This document shows positions 14,158 to 29,969 of a stretch of 64,000 bases of DNA, in pieces. Origin of the DNA: Malacoraja senta (lineage: Eukaryota); contig CM075978.1 in the NCBI GenBank assembly GCA_038087875.1, forward strand, positions 51,212,001 to 51,276,000, written 5' to 3'. Under the pieces are notes generated by a model. It made no database searches. It was given only the letters and a program-made list of their open reading frames with translations, and had not been told where the DNA came from. Position numbers and translations under genes: made by a program. Positions within the stretch are counted from its first letter, which is position 1. Every line of letters starts with the position of its first letter.

Positions 14158-15490
14158 TCTGTACTATTACTAAAACTCTCATCTTGTCCTCTTCCGGTTT
14201 ACGTTGTTTTAAAATTTGCGCAAAAACGGTATTCTATATCGCTAGGAATTTTTCGCCACCTTACTCACCGTTCCCCCCTGCTCCAAGCGCACCAAAGTTT
14301 GCTCCGATCGGTGAAATATTACAAAAGTTATTGGTCTGTTATTTGCCGGGACAGCGACTCCCCTTCCAGAACCCGCTGTCAATCACCGGCGTGGAAAATA
14401 AAGCTGAAGGAACGGAGTGTGGGCTGTATCCGCGGGCGGGGGCTGCCTGTGTCCGCGGGCGGGGGCTGTGAGCGCGACAGGCGCTGGGGACGGGAGCAGC
14501 TGAGTGCGGTCGGAGCCGGGACCAGGAACCGGTGAGCACACACACCCCCCTCCCCTACAACCCCCCTCCCCTACAACCCCCCTCCCCTACACCACCCCTC
14601 CCCTACACCACCCCTCCCCTACAACCCCCCTCCCCTACACCCCCCCTCCCCTACACTCCCCATCCCCTACACCTCCCCTACACCCCCCCTCCTCCCCTAC
14701 ACTCCCCCCTCCTCCCCTACATCCCCCTCCTCCCCTACACCCCTCCTCCTCCCCGACACCCCCGCTCCCCTACACCCCCCTCCCCTACAGGCCCCCCTCC
14801 CCCACTTCACCCCCCCTCCCCTACACCCCCCCTCCCCTACACCCTCCCTCCCCTACACCCCCCTCCCCTACACCTCCCCGCCTCCTCCCCTACACCCCCC
14901 CTCCCTACAGCCCCCCTCCCCTCCACCCCTAAACCCTGTGTCCGCGGGCGGGGGCTGTGAGCGCGACAGGTGTGGGGACGGGAATCGCTGAGTGCAGTCG
15001 GAGCCGGGGCCAGGAACTGATGAGGCCACACACCCCCCCCCCCTAAACCACCCCTCCCCTAAACCACCCCTCCCCAAAACCACCCCTCCCCTACACCCCC
15101 CCTCCCCTACACCCCCCCTCCCTTACCCCCCCCCCTCCCCTTACCCCCTCCCCTAACCCCCCCTTCCCTACCCCCTCCCCTAATGACCCCTCCCCTAACA
15201 CCCCCCCTCCCCTACACCCCCTCTCCCCTACACCACACCCCTCCCCTACCCCGCCTCCCCTACATCCCCCTCCCCCGCACCCCTCCTCCACACACCCCCT
15301 CCTCCTCACTCCCCTCCACACTCCCCTCCCACACCTCCCCTACACACCCCCCTCCCACACCCCCCCTCCACAACCCCTCTCCCTCCCTCTCCCCCACACC
15401 CCCCCTCTCCCCCACACCCCCCCCTCTCCCCCACATTCCCCTCTCCCCCACACACACCCCTGTCCCCCACACCCCCCCTCCCCCACCATA
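14158..15490 (+). mobile_element. Helitron-like non-autonomous element (5' part) with C-rich satellite
   Basis: Starts A|TCTGTACTATTACTAAAACTCT, similar to the 5' end at 33852; CpG-rich body; no CTAG 3' end found. Confidence 0.5.
14540..15490. repeat. C-rich low-complexity tandem array, roughly (CCCCCTCCCCTACA)n, interrupted by a second copy of a GC-rich unit
   Basis: Directly visible; the GC-rich unit CCTGTGTCCGCGGGCGGGGGCTGTGAGCGCGACAGG occurs at about 14446 and 14935. Confidence 0.95.
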
Positions 15491-15878
15491 CAAGCAGAAA
15501 AGCTGGAAGTACTCAGCAAATCAGGCAACATTTGCACAAAGGAAAGAACAATTATTTTGAAATAAAATATGTAATGCAAGTAAATCACTATTTCATGTGG
15601 AAAGGGCACGTATTACATTTTCTGCGCTTTCGCAGGTAATGACCTTGGAAGGTTTTCCTCCACATTTCCATCTCTACCAACTCAGGAATGTTGAATCTCC
15701 TATTTACTGTACAATAGTTCTCAATGGTCAATTTATAAGATGACATATTTGTTATAAGTTGTGGGGGATTAGGAGGTTGACTTCAATTATTTGAGAATTC
15801 CTAGTGTATTTTGTACTATTAACTTTAAAAAAAAATGTTTATTACTGTTCTTGGTAGGTACCACAAGGCTCTTAGTTA

Positions 15879-17466
15879 CAGTGCATTTATTCAGACCCCT
15901 ACTTTACAGCCTTATTCTAAAATGGATTAAATTCATTTTTTTATCATCGAACTACACACAATACCCCATAATAAAAATGCTAAAACAGGTTAGAAATTTT
16001 TGCAAAGTAATTAAAAAGAAATTAAAAAGAAATAACTGAAATATCACGTTTACATAAGTACTCAGACCCTTTACTCAGTACTTTGTTGAGGCACCTTTGG
16101 CAGCGTTTGCAGCCTCGAGTCTTCTTGGGTATGACGCTACAAGCTTGGCACACTTGTATTTGGGTAATTTCTCCCATTCTTCTCTGCAGATCCTCTCAAG
16201 CTCTGTCAGGTTGGATGGGGAGCATCGATGCACAGCTATTTTCAGGTCCCTCCAGAGATGTTCGATCGTGTTCAAGTCCGTGATCTGGCTGGGCCACTGA
16301 AGGATATTCACAGATTTATCACGAAGCCACTCCTGCATTGTTCTTGGCTGTGTGCTTAGGGTCGTTGTTCTGTTGGAAGGTGGACCAGTCTGAGGTCCAC
16401 AACGCTCTGGAGCACGTTTTCATCAAGGATCTCTCTGTACTTTACTCCGTTCATCTTTCCCTCGATCCTGACTAGTCTCCCAGTTCCTGCCACTGAAAAA
16501 CATCCCCACAGCATGATGCTGCCACCACCATGTTTCACCGTAGGTATGGTATTGGCCAGGTGATGAGCGGTGCCTGGTTTTCTCCAGACGTGATGCTTGG
16601 CATTCAGGCCAAAGAGTTCAATCTTGGTTTCATCAGACCAGAGAATCTTGTTTCTCATGGTCTGAGAGTCCTTTAGGTGCCTTTTGGCAAACTCCAAGTG
16701 TGCTGTCATGTGCCATTCACTGAGGAGTGGCTTCCGTTTGGCCACTCTACCATAAAGGTAGACCTGATTGGCGGAGTGCTGCAGATATAGTTGTCCTTTT
16801 GGAAGGTTCTCCCATCTCCACAGAGGAACTCTGGAGCTCTGTCAGAGTGACCATCGGGTTCTTGGTCACCTCCCTGACCAAGGCCCTTCTCCCCCGATTG
16901 CTCAGTTTGGCCGGCCGGCCTGCTCTATGAAGGTTCCAAAGTTCTTCCATTTAAGAATGATGGAGGCCACTGTGCTCTTCTGGACCTGCAATGCTGCAGA
17001 AATTGTTTTATACCCTTCCCCAGATCTGTGTCTCGACACAATCCTGTGTCGGAGGTCTACGGACAACTCCTTCGTCTTCATGGCTTGGTTTTTGCTCTGA
17101 CATGCACTGTCAACTGTGGGACATAGACAGGTGTGTGCCTTTCCAAATCATGTCCAATCAATTTAATTTACCACTGGTGGACTCCAATCAAGTTGCAGAA
17201 ATATCTCAAGGATAATCAATGGAAACAGGATGAACCTAAGCTCAATTTTGAATGTCATAGCAAAGGGCCTGAATACTTATGTAAATATGATATTTCAGGG
17301 TTTTTTTAATTACTTTCCAAAAAATTCTAAAACCTGTTTTCGCTTCTTCATTCTGGGGTATTGTGTGTAGATTTTTAAAAAATGAATGTAATCCCTTTTA
17401 AAATAAGGCTGTAACGTACCAAAATGTGGAAAAGTGAAGGGGTCTGAATACTTTCTGAATGCACTG
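15879..17466 (-). mobile_element. Tc1/mariner DNA transposon, IR/DR type, near full length, decayed
   Basis: TA|CAGTGCATT...AATGCACTG|TA ends; roughly 200-nt TIRs with inner TCAGACCC direct repeats; left TIR has small deletions. Confidence 0.95.
16075..17081 (-). pseudogene. Tc1 transposase pseudogene
   Basis: MKTKELSVDLRHRIVSRHRSGEGYK..., [42 protein letters not shown] (catalytic D mutated to N), WPSQITDLNTIEHLW; several frameshifts. Confidence 0.93.
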
Positions 17467-17479
17467 TATTTACAATTGT

Positions 17480-18383
<904 letters not shown>

Positions 18384-19261
18384 TAAGTAACTTCCGTGGA
18401 GAAGAAAAGCACTGTGGTATCATTGAATTTCTCAAACTCATTGAACCTCTCCACCATACTTCACTTGGATTACAGATTCTCCTGTTCAGTCAATTTAAAA
18501 CAAAATCATTGGGGCTGTGTACAGAATTTGATTTTAAGAGATCCTATTCTTGAAACATCTCTGAATGAATTGTTGTTCTGTTTTGTCAATGAACACAATG
18601 ATCTTAACGGACAGTTCTGACATAAGCAGAAAAAGCTGGTTATCTGAATTGTTGAATTCAGTCTTTAATCTTAAAAGTTGCATTATGTCTAACTGAAAGG
18701 TGGATTGAGATGCTGCTTCGCAATTTTACCTGCTTCGTTTGAACAATATTAATGGCTGATGATGGAGATATTCGATTGGGATAGTAGTAAATTAAAGTAA
18801 ATGATTGCTTGAAGCCCACCAATGCAGAATCGGGAAGCTGCACCTTGAAGTGATTAACCAGCGTTTATTTTCTTCTCGTAGTTGGCATTGACAGAGTTTG
18901 TATCACCCGGCCAAACCTGTTCTACATTATCACACACTTTTCACTTGTTCTTTGCAAATTTAAATACCCCTTTATCTCGCTTTTCTACTTTTGGTCGTAG
19001 ATTAATTCTGTTTTGTTCCACTGATGCTGACTGACCTACTCAGTAACTTCAGCATATAATTTTTATTTCTGATTTCTCATATTGGAAGTGATTTGCTTAT
19101 CAGTAACTGCAGTTTCCTGTTTCACTTGTTTCAGTGTCATGCCAAAATTAAATTGTGTAAATTCCAGGGGATCCAGCCTGCAATTTTCTGGTCACATAAT
19201 CAAAATTTGTGGGTTTTATTCATTGAATTGGAAATCCTGTCTTGACATTTCTGCAAAAGTT

Positions 19262-19410
19262 GGTATTGCTGTATCTCTATTCCAGGGACCCCAGTTTCAT
19301 CTGATGTCAGGAGCTATTTGTACGGAGTTTGTACATTCACTCCGTGAAATAGTGTCCTTCAAATACTCTGGTTTCCTCCGATATCCCAAAGGTGTTTGTA
19401 GATGGCAACT
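19262..19410 (+). mobile_element. Old V-SINE fragment
   Basis: GGAGTTTGTACATTC...CTCTGGTTTCCTCC...CCAAAG, resembling the V-domain at 22203..22459. Confidence 0.55.
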
Positions 19411-21208
19411 GTAACTGACTCATTGGTGGAGGTTAAAGGCAAAAAGAATCAAAGGGGAGAGAAAATGTTGGATCGATATAAGGAAAAAAAAGGAGGGGGA
19501 TGAAAATAATGGGATTGCTCCTTTTGGAGCTAGCATAGATCTAGTGTGTCAAATGGCTTCCTCCTTTGGTGTTCCAAGTATTAGAACATGTGGATAGTGG
19601 GAGGTTATATAACCCTTTGATATGTACCAGTTAGATTATGACTGATCAACGCTTCGCTTTTTTCTTACCTTCATTTCCTATTGCCTAACAAAAAAATATC
19701 ACTCACTCCTGAAGATGTCTCGATTGACCCAGCAAACTCCATCTTTTACCACAATGCTAGATTCCTGTGCACTTTACATGGAGAGAAACGTTTTCTGATG
19801 CAGTTAAAAATGATCCACCTTTAACTTTAACTTTACATACTCTAGTTCTGAGCTTCTTCACCAGAGGAGATACTTATTTGTATGTATCCTGTTGAATCTG
19901 ATTCCAATTGTCATCTTCTCAACGAGGGGATTTACATACCACGATTATACAATGTCCTCATCATTTATCATTTTAAACTTTGGCAACATACTAATGTATC
20001 TGCATTGTGCTTCCTCAATAGCCAACGTATCTTTCCTGTGAAATGGTGCTTAAAATTAATTGCAGTAGTCCTGATGTAACTGACCAAGATTCTGTGAAAT
20101 AAAGGTTTCATTTCTTCATTTATGTTCTCCAATTCTATGGAGATAGAAGCTAATATTTATTTCCAATCTTTGTCTTGTACTTTGTACACTTGGGATTGCT
20201 CTCTTCAGCACTGTCGGAAATGAATTGTCAAATTCATTTAACAATATGATGTTGATGAAATCACAGTTAAGCTCCGCTTTATCCGTATCCAATTTTGACA
20301 CATTTTCCCAGCAGGTTTGCTGGGTAGTGATTAAGTACATAAACTCCAGATTTTTTTTTCTGTTGGTATTCCAAGATAGTTCACATGAATAGAAGTTAAC
20401 CCAATTCTGCTCCGAGTCATCGAGCCATACAGCGTAGAAATAGGCCCTTCGGCCCAACTTGCCCGTACCAACAAATTTATTTTGCTGGTAGAAGTAATAT
20501 ATAAGGCATTGGAGGCAAGTGATCAACCTGAAAGCTTTTAAATCCTTTTTAAATTATTTATTATTGTAGTATATAATTTTCTATTGAATGGAAGAATCAC
20601 ACAGTTCCTCCAACCACTGTGTTGGTGTAGTTTTGTAATTCGACTAATCTCAACAGTGGGGCAGAACAGATGGGCTGCTTGTTTTTCCATCAAATGAGAA
20701 ATAGTTCAGAGGTAACATGTGCTTGTTAGAAATGAAGATCTGCTGGTAGAAGTAAAAACTGCTGTGATGGGAACCATGTCTAAATCACTTTGTCACCTGA
20801 ACCTGATTGTATTTTTCAATTTGTGGAATATTGCTTTAAGTTGTGTCCAGTGCTATTTGTTTTAAAAGCAGCAATATAGGTCAGGGCAATAGTGATGTTT
20901 TTTAATAATGCTATTCCTCAATTGAAGCTTAGGTTATGTTATTTATAGCTGAAGGGATGCTCAGCATTTCAGCTGCAAATTGTTAACGTGACATCCTCTG
21001 AAGATTAAAATCTTTTCTGTTTTGAAACACGTATGTTATTTATAGTGTTGTCCAAGATTAAAAAGGGTTATAAAACGAGTCGCCTTCGATACTGAACATT
21101 TCAAAATATAATTTGTGATCCTCTTAACCAGTTGCAAAGCAAGTAGGATTTATGGCTTTCATGAATTAAAGTGCAATTTTGTTTCCAACCACTCTCTCCC
21201 CTTTGCAG

Positions 21209-21266
21209 GGACACAGATTCCCATCTATCAAGCTCTACCTCAGTTAGATTTTATCCACATGATCTG
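21209..21266 (+). CDS. pcnx1: pcnx1 exon (DTDSHLSSSTSVRFYPHDL)
   Basis: ttgcag|GG acceptor, CTG|gtatgt donor; 58 nt. Confidence 0.93.
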
Positions 21267-22034
21267 GTATGTATTCGATATAATGTTGTGGCTCACATAA
21301 AATTGTGTTGGTTTGTTATATATTTTGTAATCTGTTTGAAATGTATGATTATGGACGATGCAGAAAAGAAAATACTAAAGTATTGCAATCTGGTTATCTT
21401 GTGATACAAAAATATTTAAAACTTGAGTTTGATCAATCATGAGATAAACATGTTTATTTGTATATAGCATTTTCTGAATACTTGTGCTCGGATGTGCAAT
21501 AAACGTTGCTATGTTGGGGGTAGATTTAAATGCTAAGTAAGACCAGTCCTAAACGAATAATCGACCTCAAATCAAAGAAATGTGTGTTAGAGGTCTTGAA
21601 TACAATTTGTATTTTGATCAACAAGTATCAACAATATAAAGGAGTTAAGAGACTAAATGTTGAAACAGTAAACCCTGACTGAAATAAAGATTGTTAAATT
21701 ACACATTTGATATTGCTTAATTATAGTTTGTGATTACTGCTAATAAGCAAATTGTACTTCCTGTTTGACATCACTGAATCAAATATAAAGCTATATTTAA
21801 TTGCCGTTTCTTTGAAAACATTTACAACACAGTCTAGAAGTTGTCAGACTCAAGATAATATCTTTTATTTTAATAATCAAGCAAAATGTGCAAATATGGA
21901 ATTTCAAGATAATTCAAAATGAAAAATCCATTTGTTGAACATCAGCCTTGGATTGGAAATGAGTTCAGAATAAAATGCCTGCTTTGCTTGAACATATTAG
22001 TTTGGCACAAAATGGCATTCCCAATAATTAAATG

Positions 22035-23565
<1,531 letters not shown>

Positions 23566-26393
23566 TAACCAAATGTTCACTCAATGCCATACTTGTATGT
23601 TTTTTTTACAAAGTAAACATTTGGAACATGGAAAACAGTTTTATTTTTATTTTGCCCCCATTTTTTTAAATTATATATAGTTCCATTGTTGCTCTGGTTT
23701 ATTTGGTCTTCCCTGTGTGAAAGTTTAGACAGCAAGTGTCAGCAGTTTATTTATCCATGAAGGTCATCATAGTTCTCAAAAAATGTTATCAACTGGTATC
23801 TACACTCAGGCATCTTCTATATTTAATGGAGAATGGAAACCCTGTCTGACTTGAATTTCAGCGTCCCAAGCCATTTGAAAGTGCTCTATCTTTTGTTGGC
23901 CCAGAATTCCCCGAGTGAGGTTTTGATAACTCTTTCACTGCCTATGTTCCCTAATTCACCAACTTTTTAGGATTAGAAGGATGCTCTTGCTGGCTCAGTT
24001 AGTCCTAAAATTGGACAGCAAGGACCTGTAGTTTGGCAGATCCTCCAGTGCCATAATGGAATCAGGTAGTTGCCTGAGAACAAGCTATGCCTCCAATGTT
24101 GTCACCTATTAAAGTTGACTACAGCTAAATTCTATTAACATTGAGAAGCATTCAAGAAGTCTTTCATAAAAAATAAAACAAACCCAAACCATTAAAAATT
24201 ATTAATATTAAAATAACTGAAGCCACTTTAACATTGAATTGTTTTATCTGGAACTTTTTATGATTGCTAATTATCTAAAATCATACTGTTTACCTATCTC
24301 AAAATTTAATATAGGTTTAAACCAGGGTTTTTTTATTTGCCATAAATCAAAAGAAAGAGCTCAGTATCAGAGGAAATGAATTGCAAAATATGGTTTCTTT
24401 GATTTTTCTTTTTCTTTTGCCGATTTCCCCCTCACCCACCCATCGTGCTGTTCCCACCAAATAAATGAGGTTCTAGATCATCTCCAAGTAAGCTTTTGCT
24501 TTTCTTTAGATTAATCGCTGAGTATAGCAGTGGAGCTCAGATGAGAAATCACTGCTGGAGTCAAGCCAATAAATTTAGAATTCCTTCATTCACACAGGTC
24601 CCCAAACTCCCCAATATCGGTGCTGCGAAATACTGAACTTAAGGTGCTACCAGTGAAATCCAGGCTATTAGCTCATTCTTCACAAGCTCGGAATCGTACC
24701 TGGAACCGACTGCACATGATTGCTAACTATTTTAATCATGCTCAATATCTAGTTTAAAAAGGAACCTAAAGCAAAACATCGCCTATCCATTCCCTCCAAA
24801 GATGCTAATGGTCCACTAAGTTACTCCAGTATTTCGTGTTTTGCTCAAGATTCCAGCATCAGATGTTCATTATGTCTTCAAAATGTAATGTTTGTTCAAA
24901 CCAGGAATTGCTATGCAATAAAAAAAATAAAAAATTAAAGATCTGAAATTCACAGAAATCAATTACAAAGTACAGTTTCTGTTATTTGAATAGTTATAAC
25001 TTTTTTGTTATTAAATAAATTGGTTTTAATCTGATTAATATAAATGGTGGAAAGAAATTTTCAGACCAACAAAATGAGCATTCCTATTGTGTGATTTTAA
25101 GTCTGCAATGAAATGTTGGATCTCACGCTCTGCTGTAATTTAAAGCTTTGTTTCTGTTTATAGGATCAACTTGACACCAACCACTGCTAAATAGTGTTTA
25201 ATTGCTCGTTGCAGGCATAACTAAATAATTGGGTGCATTATTGCTTACAAGCTGCAATTTAGAGGAGCACCCTTTGAATTAGAATCATCTCCATTAGTGC
25301 TAGCTCATGAATCTGATTGAGATATGATTTTTTTCAGTGTTTGTTGTATAATGGGCAAGTTGAAATTCTTATGAATACTAGAGCTGTAATTCGGATATTA
25401 AGTAATACATTTTTAACCAATACTTTTGTAAGCACAAGAAGGGTAGGAAAAAATCATCTGCACTCTGGACATATAGATATATATGTTCATATTTTTGGGC
25501 ACCTTTATTTTGCAGTTTTAATAATTTCAATTCCATGTAAGCATCTTTCAGATTACATACTCCCTGTTTTTCATAGTTGAACCATGCAGTCAGTCTCATC
25601 TAGATTCTGCATACAGAAGAAGACTGATATCAACAACAGATCAGCTTGAACAGCCTTTAAAAAAAGTGACTTTAACACTAAGCCTTGAAGGTAGATCAAT
25701 TATTTCAGGCAGAGGATACTGTCAATTGAAAGATCAATAGTTGGCACCAGAATGATACATCTTGCCATTTGGCTTCCATCATAAAAGCATTTTTCAGTTA
25801 CATGTGCGAACAGGTTGCCTGCTCTTCAGGCATTAGGGAACAATATGGAAAGAAAAGGCACCCCAGTTTACTCTCCTACCTTCACCCGAATAAACAAGAT
25901 AAAGTGAAATGTTGCTCATCACTTTATTTGATGAAATTTCCAATCGGGTGTTATGTCCAGAATCTGATCATGGGTCAAAGCAGTCTTATGAGTCGAGTCT
26001 GTAATTTTTAAATTGATGTTTTACAGCAGAGTAAGAAAGGAAATAAAGAACTATGTAACGTTCATCATTTAATTTGGCAAATCAAGATTAGTGTTGCTGG
26101 TTTGCAGTTTCACAGGAAACTTAATTGAATCTTGGAGTCAAATCTTCAAAAATATAGGTAAAATTTCCTGAATAAGTTGAGACTTGGCTCTATTGATATA
26201 GCAAGAAATCAGTAAGGCAAGAATTAATCTAGAGGTGTTGTGGCACTTGGCTGTATATTTTCCGTTGTATTTACATTACGTAATTATTTACATAATTCGG
26301 TGTGATGTTCCCACATGAAGCAGATCAGTTCTACTTTCAAACTCTGCTTAATTTAAAGTAACTTTCCATAACATGCTGGAATAATTATTCTGA

Positions 26394-26588
<195 letters not shown>

Positions 26589-26647
26589 TGATAAAATACC
26601 AATAAATCATGAAACAAATTACAATTTTCTTAATTTCATTTTATTAG

Positions 26648-26680
26648 AGTGTCCAACCTGACTCTTCCTCTCCAAGACAT
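26648..26680 (+). CDS. pcnx1: pcnx1 33-nt exon (SVQPDSSSPRH)
   Basis: tattag|AGT, CAT|gtaagt; preceded by an 89-nt intron. Confidence 0.93.
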
Positions 26681-28208
26681 GTAAGTTTAACTAATTGTTT
26701 TTTTTGACAAGTTTTTCTCTGTTACTAACAAGCACTGATTTAGTATGATGCATTTGATTGAGGAATCAATACAGGTAGTTCTGCTATTACACGATAGTCA
26801 CGAATGAACCTCATTCAATAGAAATTTGCATTGTAAAGACAATTGTGTCAATGGGGATAAGAGGTTAAGGGATAGAGAGTTACATTCTCACGATAGCAAA
26901 GTTATTTTTCCTGCAGCATTTTCAAAAGTAAGTAAAGGTCTTTTCAATAGCACTGTTTTATTTGTTTTTTAAAGGCTAAAAATACTTGTATGTTAAATTG
27001 TATGCTGTATGTTAAATTGTTCATTACTTTTGGTGCACAAGTATCAATAGAAGCAGTCGATTGTCAATTTCATTGACTGCCTGTAATTGAAATACTGGAT
27101 GTGTTTTTAAGAAATGATGGTGTTTGATTACCACGGAGAGGTTACATGAAAATAGGTTTTCTTCCCCCAATATTGATTAAATAAAAGACAGCTTTTTTTT
27201 TTTTGCTGCATGTCAATTTCCAAAGTACCTTTTAGATGTTCAATGTTGCACAAAAGGAATAAAAGTATAAATAATTCACACCCAACAATTAACTCATTCA
27301 ATCAAAACACAATGTTGGAGTAACTCAGTGGGTCAGGCAGTGTCTGTGGAGGGAATGGAAAGATTATGTTTTGGGTCAGACCTCTTCTTCATTTTGGTTG
27401 TTCCTTGTCATTCTGAACATGGTGGTTTAAATAGTATTACTTTGAAACAGATCATGCCATAGTGAGCTAATTCTAAATTAAATAATTAAAGCAGCATATT
27501 ATTTCTTTTTAATCACAAAATCAGGAAAAAAAACCAATTAATGTTCTGATTAAAAAATAGAATATGCTCTAGAATATTTTAAATATTATTTCAGATCAGA
27601 ACTCTTTATTTTCATCACCGTTACATGATTAAGTAATTAAATTCTGTACTTTTAAGACGTTGTGCAGCATGCAAGAAATCAATGTGGTAAGAATATTTTT
27701 AACCCTGTGAAAAATGTAATCTCTTAGTTACCCACAGACAGACATATTTTAATCACTCCTCCATGACTTTCCCTTCAAAATGTGTTTTTTAATGGCTAGC
27801 ATTCAAACTACATTCTTCTATGTTCTGCTATGTCCTCGTATACAGCCTGACTTATGTACCTGAAATCCTTCATCATAAGTGTCACTGTCAGCTTCCTACC
27901 TTCTGGATCAAACTAGGGTGCTCCTTCTGATCTGTACAGATCTCATAGTTTGTTGTTCACCACTGCATCAGGGAGTAAACCAAACCTCTAACTCGGAGAG
28001 AATTTTGGCCACTCGCAGCCAAGAGCAACAGACAGAATAGGCAAGAGCACTGGCCTGCATGGCAAACTTTCCCAAAGTACAGCCATTCATGGACTGTACT
28101 CGTGCATTGCAACCTCTTACAGGACTGCCTTGAGCTACTTTTCAATCCCTCTCTCTGTTATTGAAGCATCCATTCATTCGGTAACAATACTCTTTCTTGG
28201 GTAGAAGA

Positions 28209-28825
28209 GTGGTGTTAGTTTTTTTTTAAATGTATGTTTTTAGTGTTCTTTAGCTTGCTTTATGTGAGGGGTGGGGGAAACTTTCTCTAATCTCGATGGA
28301 GATATGATTTTTTTTCCGTATCGGATCTCTGTCCGCACTGCGGCCTAACATCGAGGAGTTGACGGACTTTGCTGGAGACCGATTTCGAGAGCTCCACCGC
28401 AGGAGCCCGTGATCCATTTGCCAGAGATTGATCTTGGAGCTCAAACCGTGGGTGCTTGTGGACTTTAACATCATCGAGACCGACATCGGGAACTCTAAGC
28501 CGCGGGAGTTTCAACCGCCCCGATGCGGGAGTTTCGATCGTCCCGATGCAGGAGCTTCGACCGCTGGCTGCGGGAGCTTTGATCGCCCCGACGGATGGTT
28601 TGACTGCCCCGACCGCGTGAGAAATAGAGGAAGAAGATTAGAATTTGTTGCCTTTCATCACAGTGAGGAATGTGGGGAATCTGCTGTGGTGGATGTTTAT
28701 GTTAACTTTTATGTATTTGTGTGTCTTGTTGTTTTTTTAATGCTATTTTTCGTATGGCTGTATGGTAATTCGCATATCACTCTGATATTGGTACGTGACA
28801 ATAAAAGACCATTGAAACCTTTAAC
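28209..28825 (+). mobile_element. CpG-rich non-autonomous retroelement of unassigned family with internal short tandem repeats
   Basis: GGAGCTTCGA(T/C)CGCCCCGA-type repeats at about 28500..28615; 3' end GGTAC(AC)GTGACAATAAA plus short tail, shared with 54713..54938. Confidence 0.5.
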
Positions 28826-29969
28826 CTACATTGATCACTCAAACCATACTGCCGATTAAATGTCGTAACTGGTTATCTATTGCATGGCTTTATGTGCCAA
28901 ATTGATTTCTACTTTTCTAATATTAAAGCAATTATAACGTGACATAATTATAAAATATCTTTATGTATTGTGAGAATGTTAAAGATATTATGGAAATGCC
29001 TGTTTCTGTTTCCCTTTATAAATTATTCGACATAGAAAGCAAAGGTACAAGGTTCATATGTACATATGAAAAGTTGAGAACATTCTAATTATTTCTACAT
29101 TTGTACCCACATAAGTACATGAACACAAATATAAATGAAGGTAAACTTTTTAGGAATGCAATTTAATTAAGAAACTGAAATGCAATTACACACCGGAGGT
29201 ATTCCTTATGTTCCGGGTCCAGTTAAAACTTATGCAATAGCACAATGTCTTAAAGGTTCAGGTTCAAACTTCTATACAGGTACTCTGTTTCTGTATTTAA
29301 ACATTATTTCTGAAAACCATTTAAATATTCTGTCCAATCATTGAGTTATTTTTACAGTGGTAGCTGGTTCCATCTATCAAACGTAAATGTTGAAATCCTT
29401 GGCAGTGGGCTTTGATCTGCATGAATGCTTAAATTTTGTCAATGTTTCCAGCAAGTCATGTGACAGAAATGATGAAACCCTTAGCTTTAAGCAATGTTGG
29501 TCACCACTATGTTGATCTCTTGGTTCCCACAAACAACTGCACAGAAAGTTGTTTTATCACTTTGTACCAAACTGGGAATCATGCGGAGGTAAGTCTTAGG
29601 ATTTCTAATGTAGGACTAAAAATGTAATTGGAAGGCACTGTTGAGGTTGGAACAGGTTAAACAGTTTTGCTTTGCATCTAAACCAGATATACCAAATGCT
29701 TGGGTATTTAAATTGCAATTTGCTATATTACACATGACCTAAGATTTATTTCTCAATCTTGTGCTGACTGTTGTCTGCATTCTTGTGGGGATCCCTCCTA
29801 GGTCTTATCTGAAAGATTTGATAAAGTAGTGTGCAATCGCCTAATGTGCTCTGGGCAAATTATTGTGTCTATAGGCAGTATCTCCTGATCTAAGGCGATG
29901 AATTCATCCTTTTCCTGAAACATGACTAATATCCGATCATTGTCATAGAGTTATATGGTACAGAAGTGC

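Noticed and set aside
14504-15609. Proline-rich (extensin-like) and glycine-rich ORFs
   Set aside because: Translations of the C-rich tandem array, open in many frames on both strands, with no splice or codon evidence
20657-20711. Possible 55-nt cassette/poison exon (caacag|...GAG|gtaaca)
   Set aside because: No polypyrimidine tract, frame-shifting, and no homology support; cannot be distinguished from chance
25164-25320. Possible poison exon or conserved non-coding element after tttctgtttatag
   Set aside because: No clear donor site, and conservation cannot be judged without alignments
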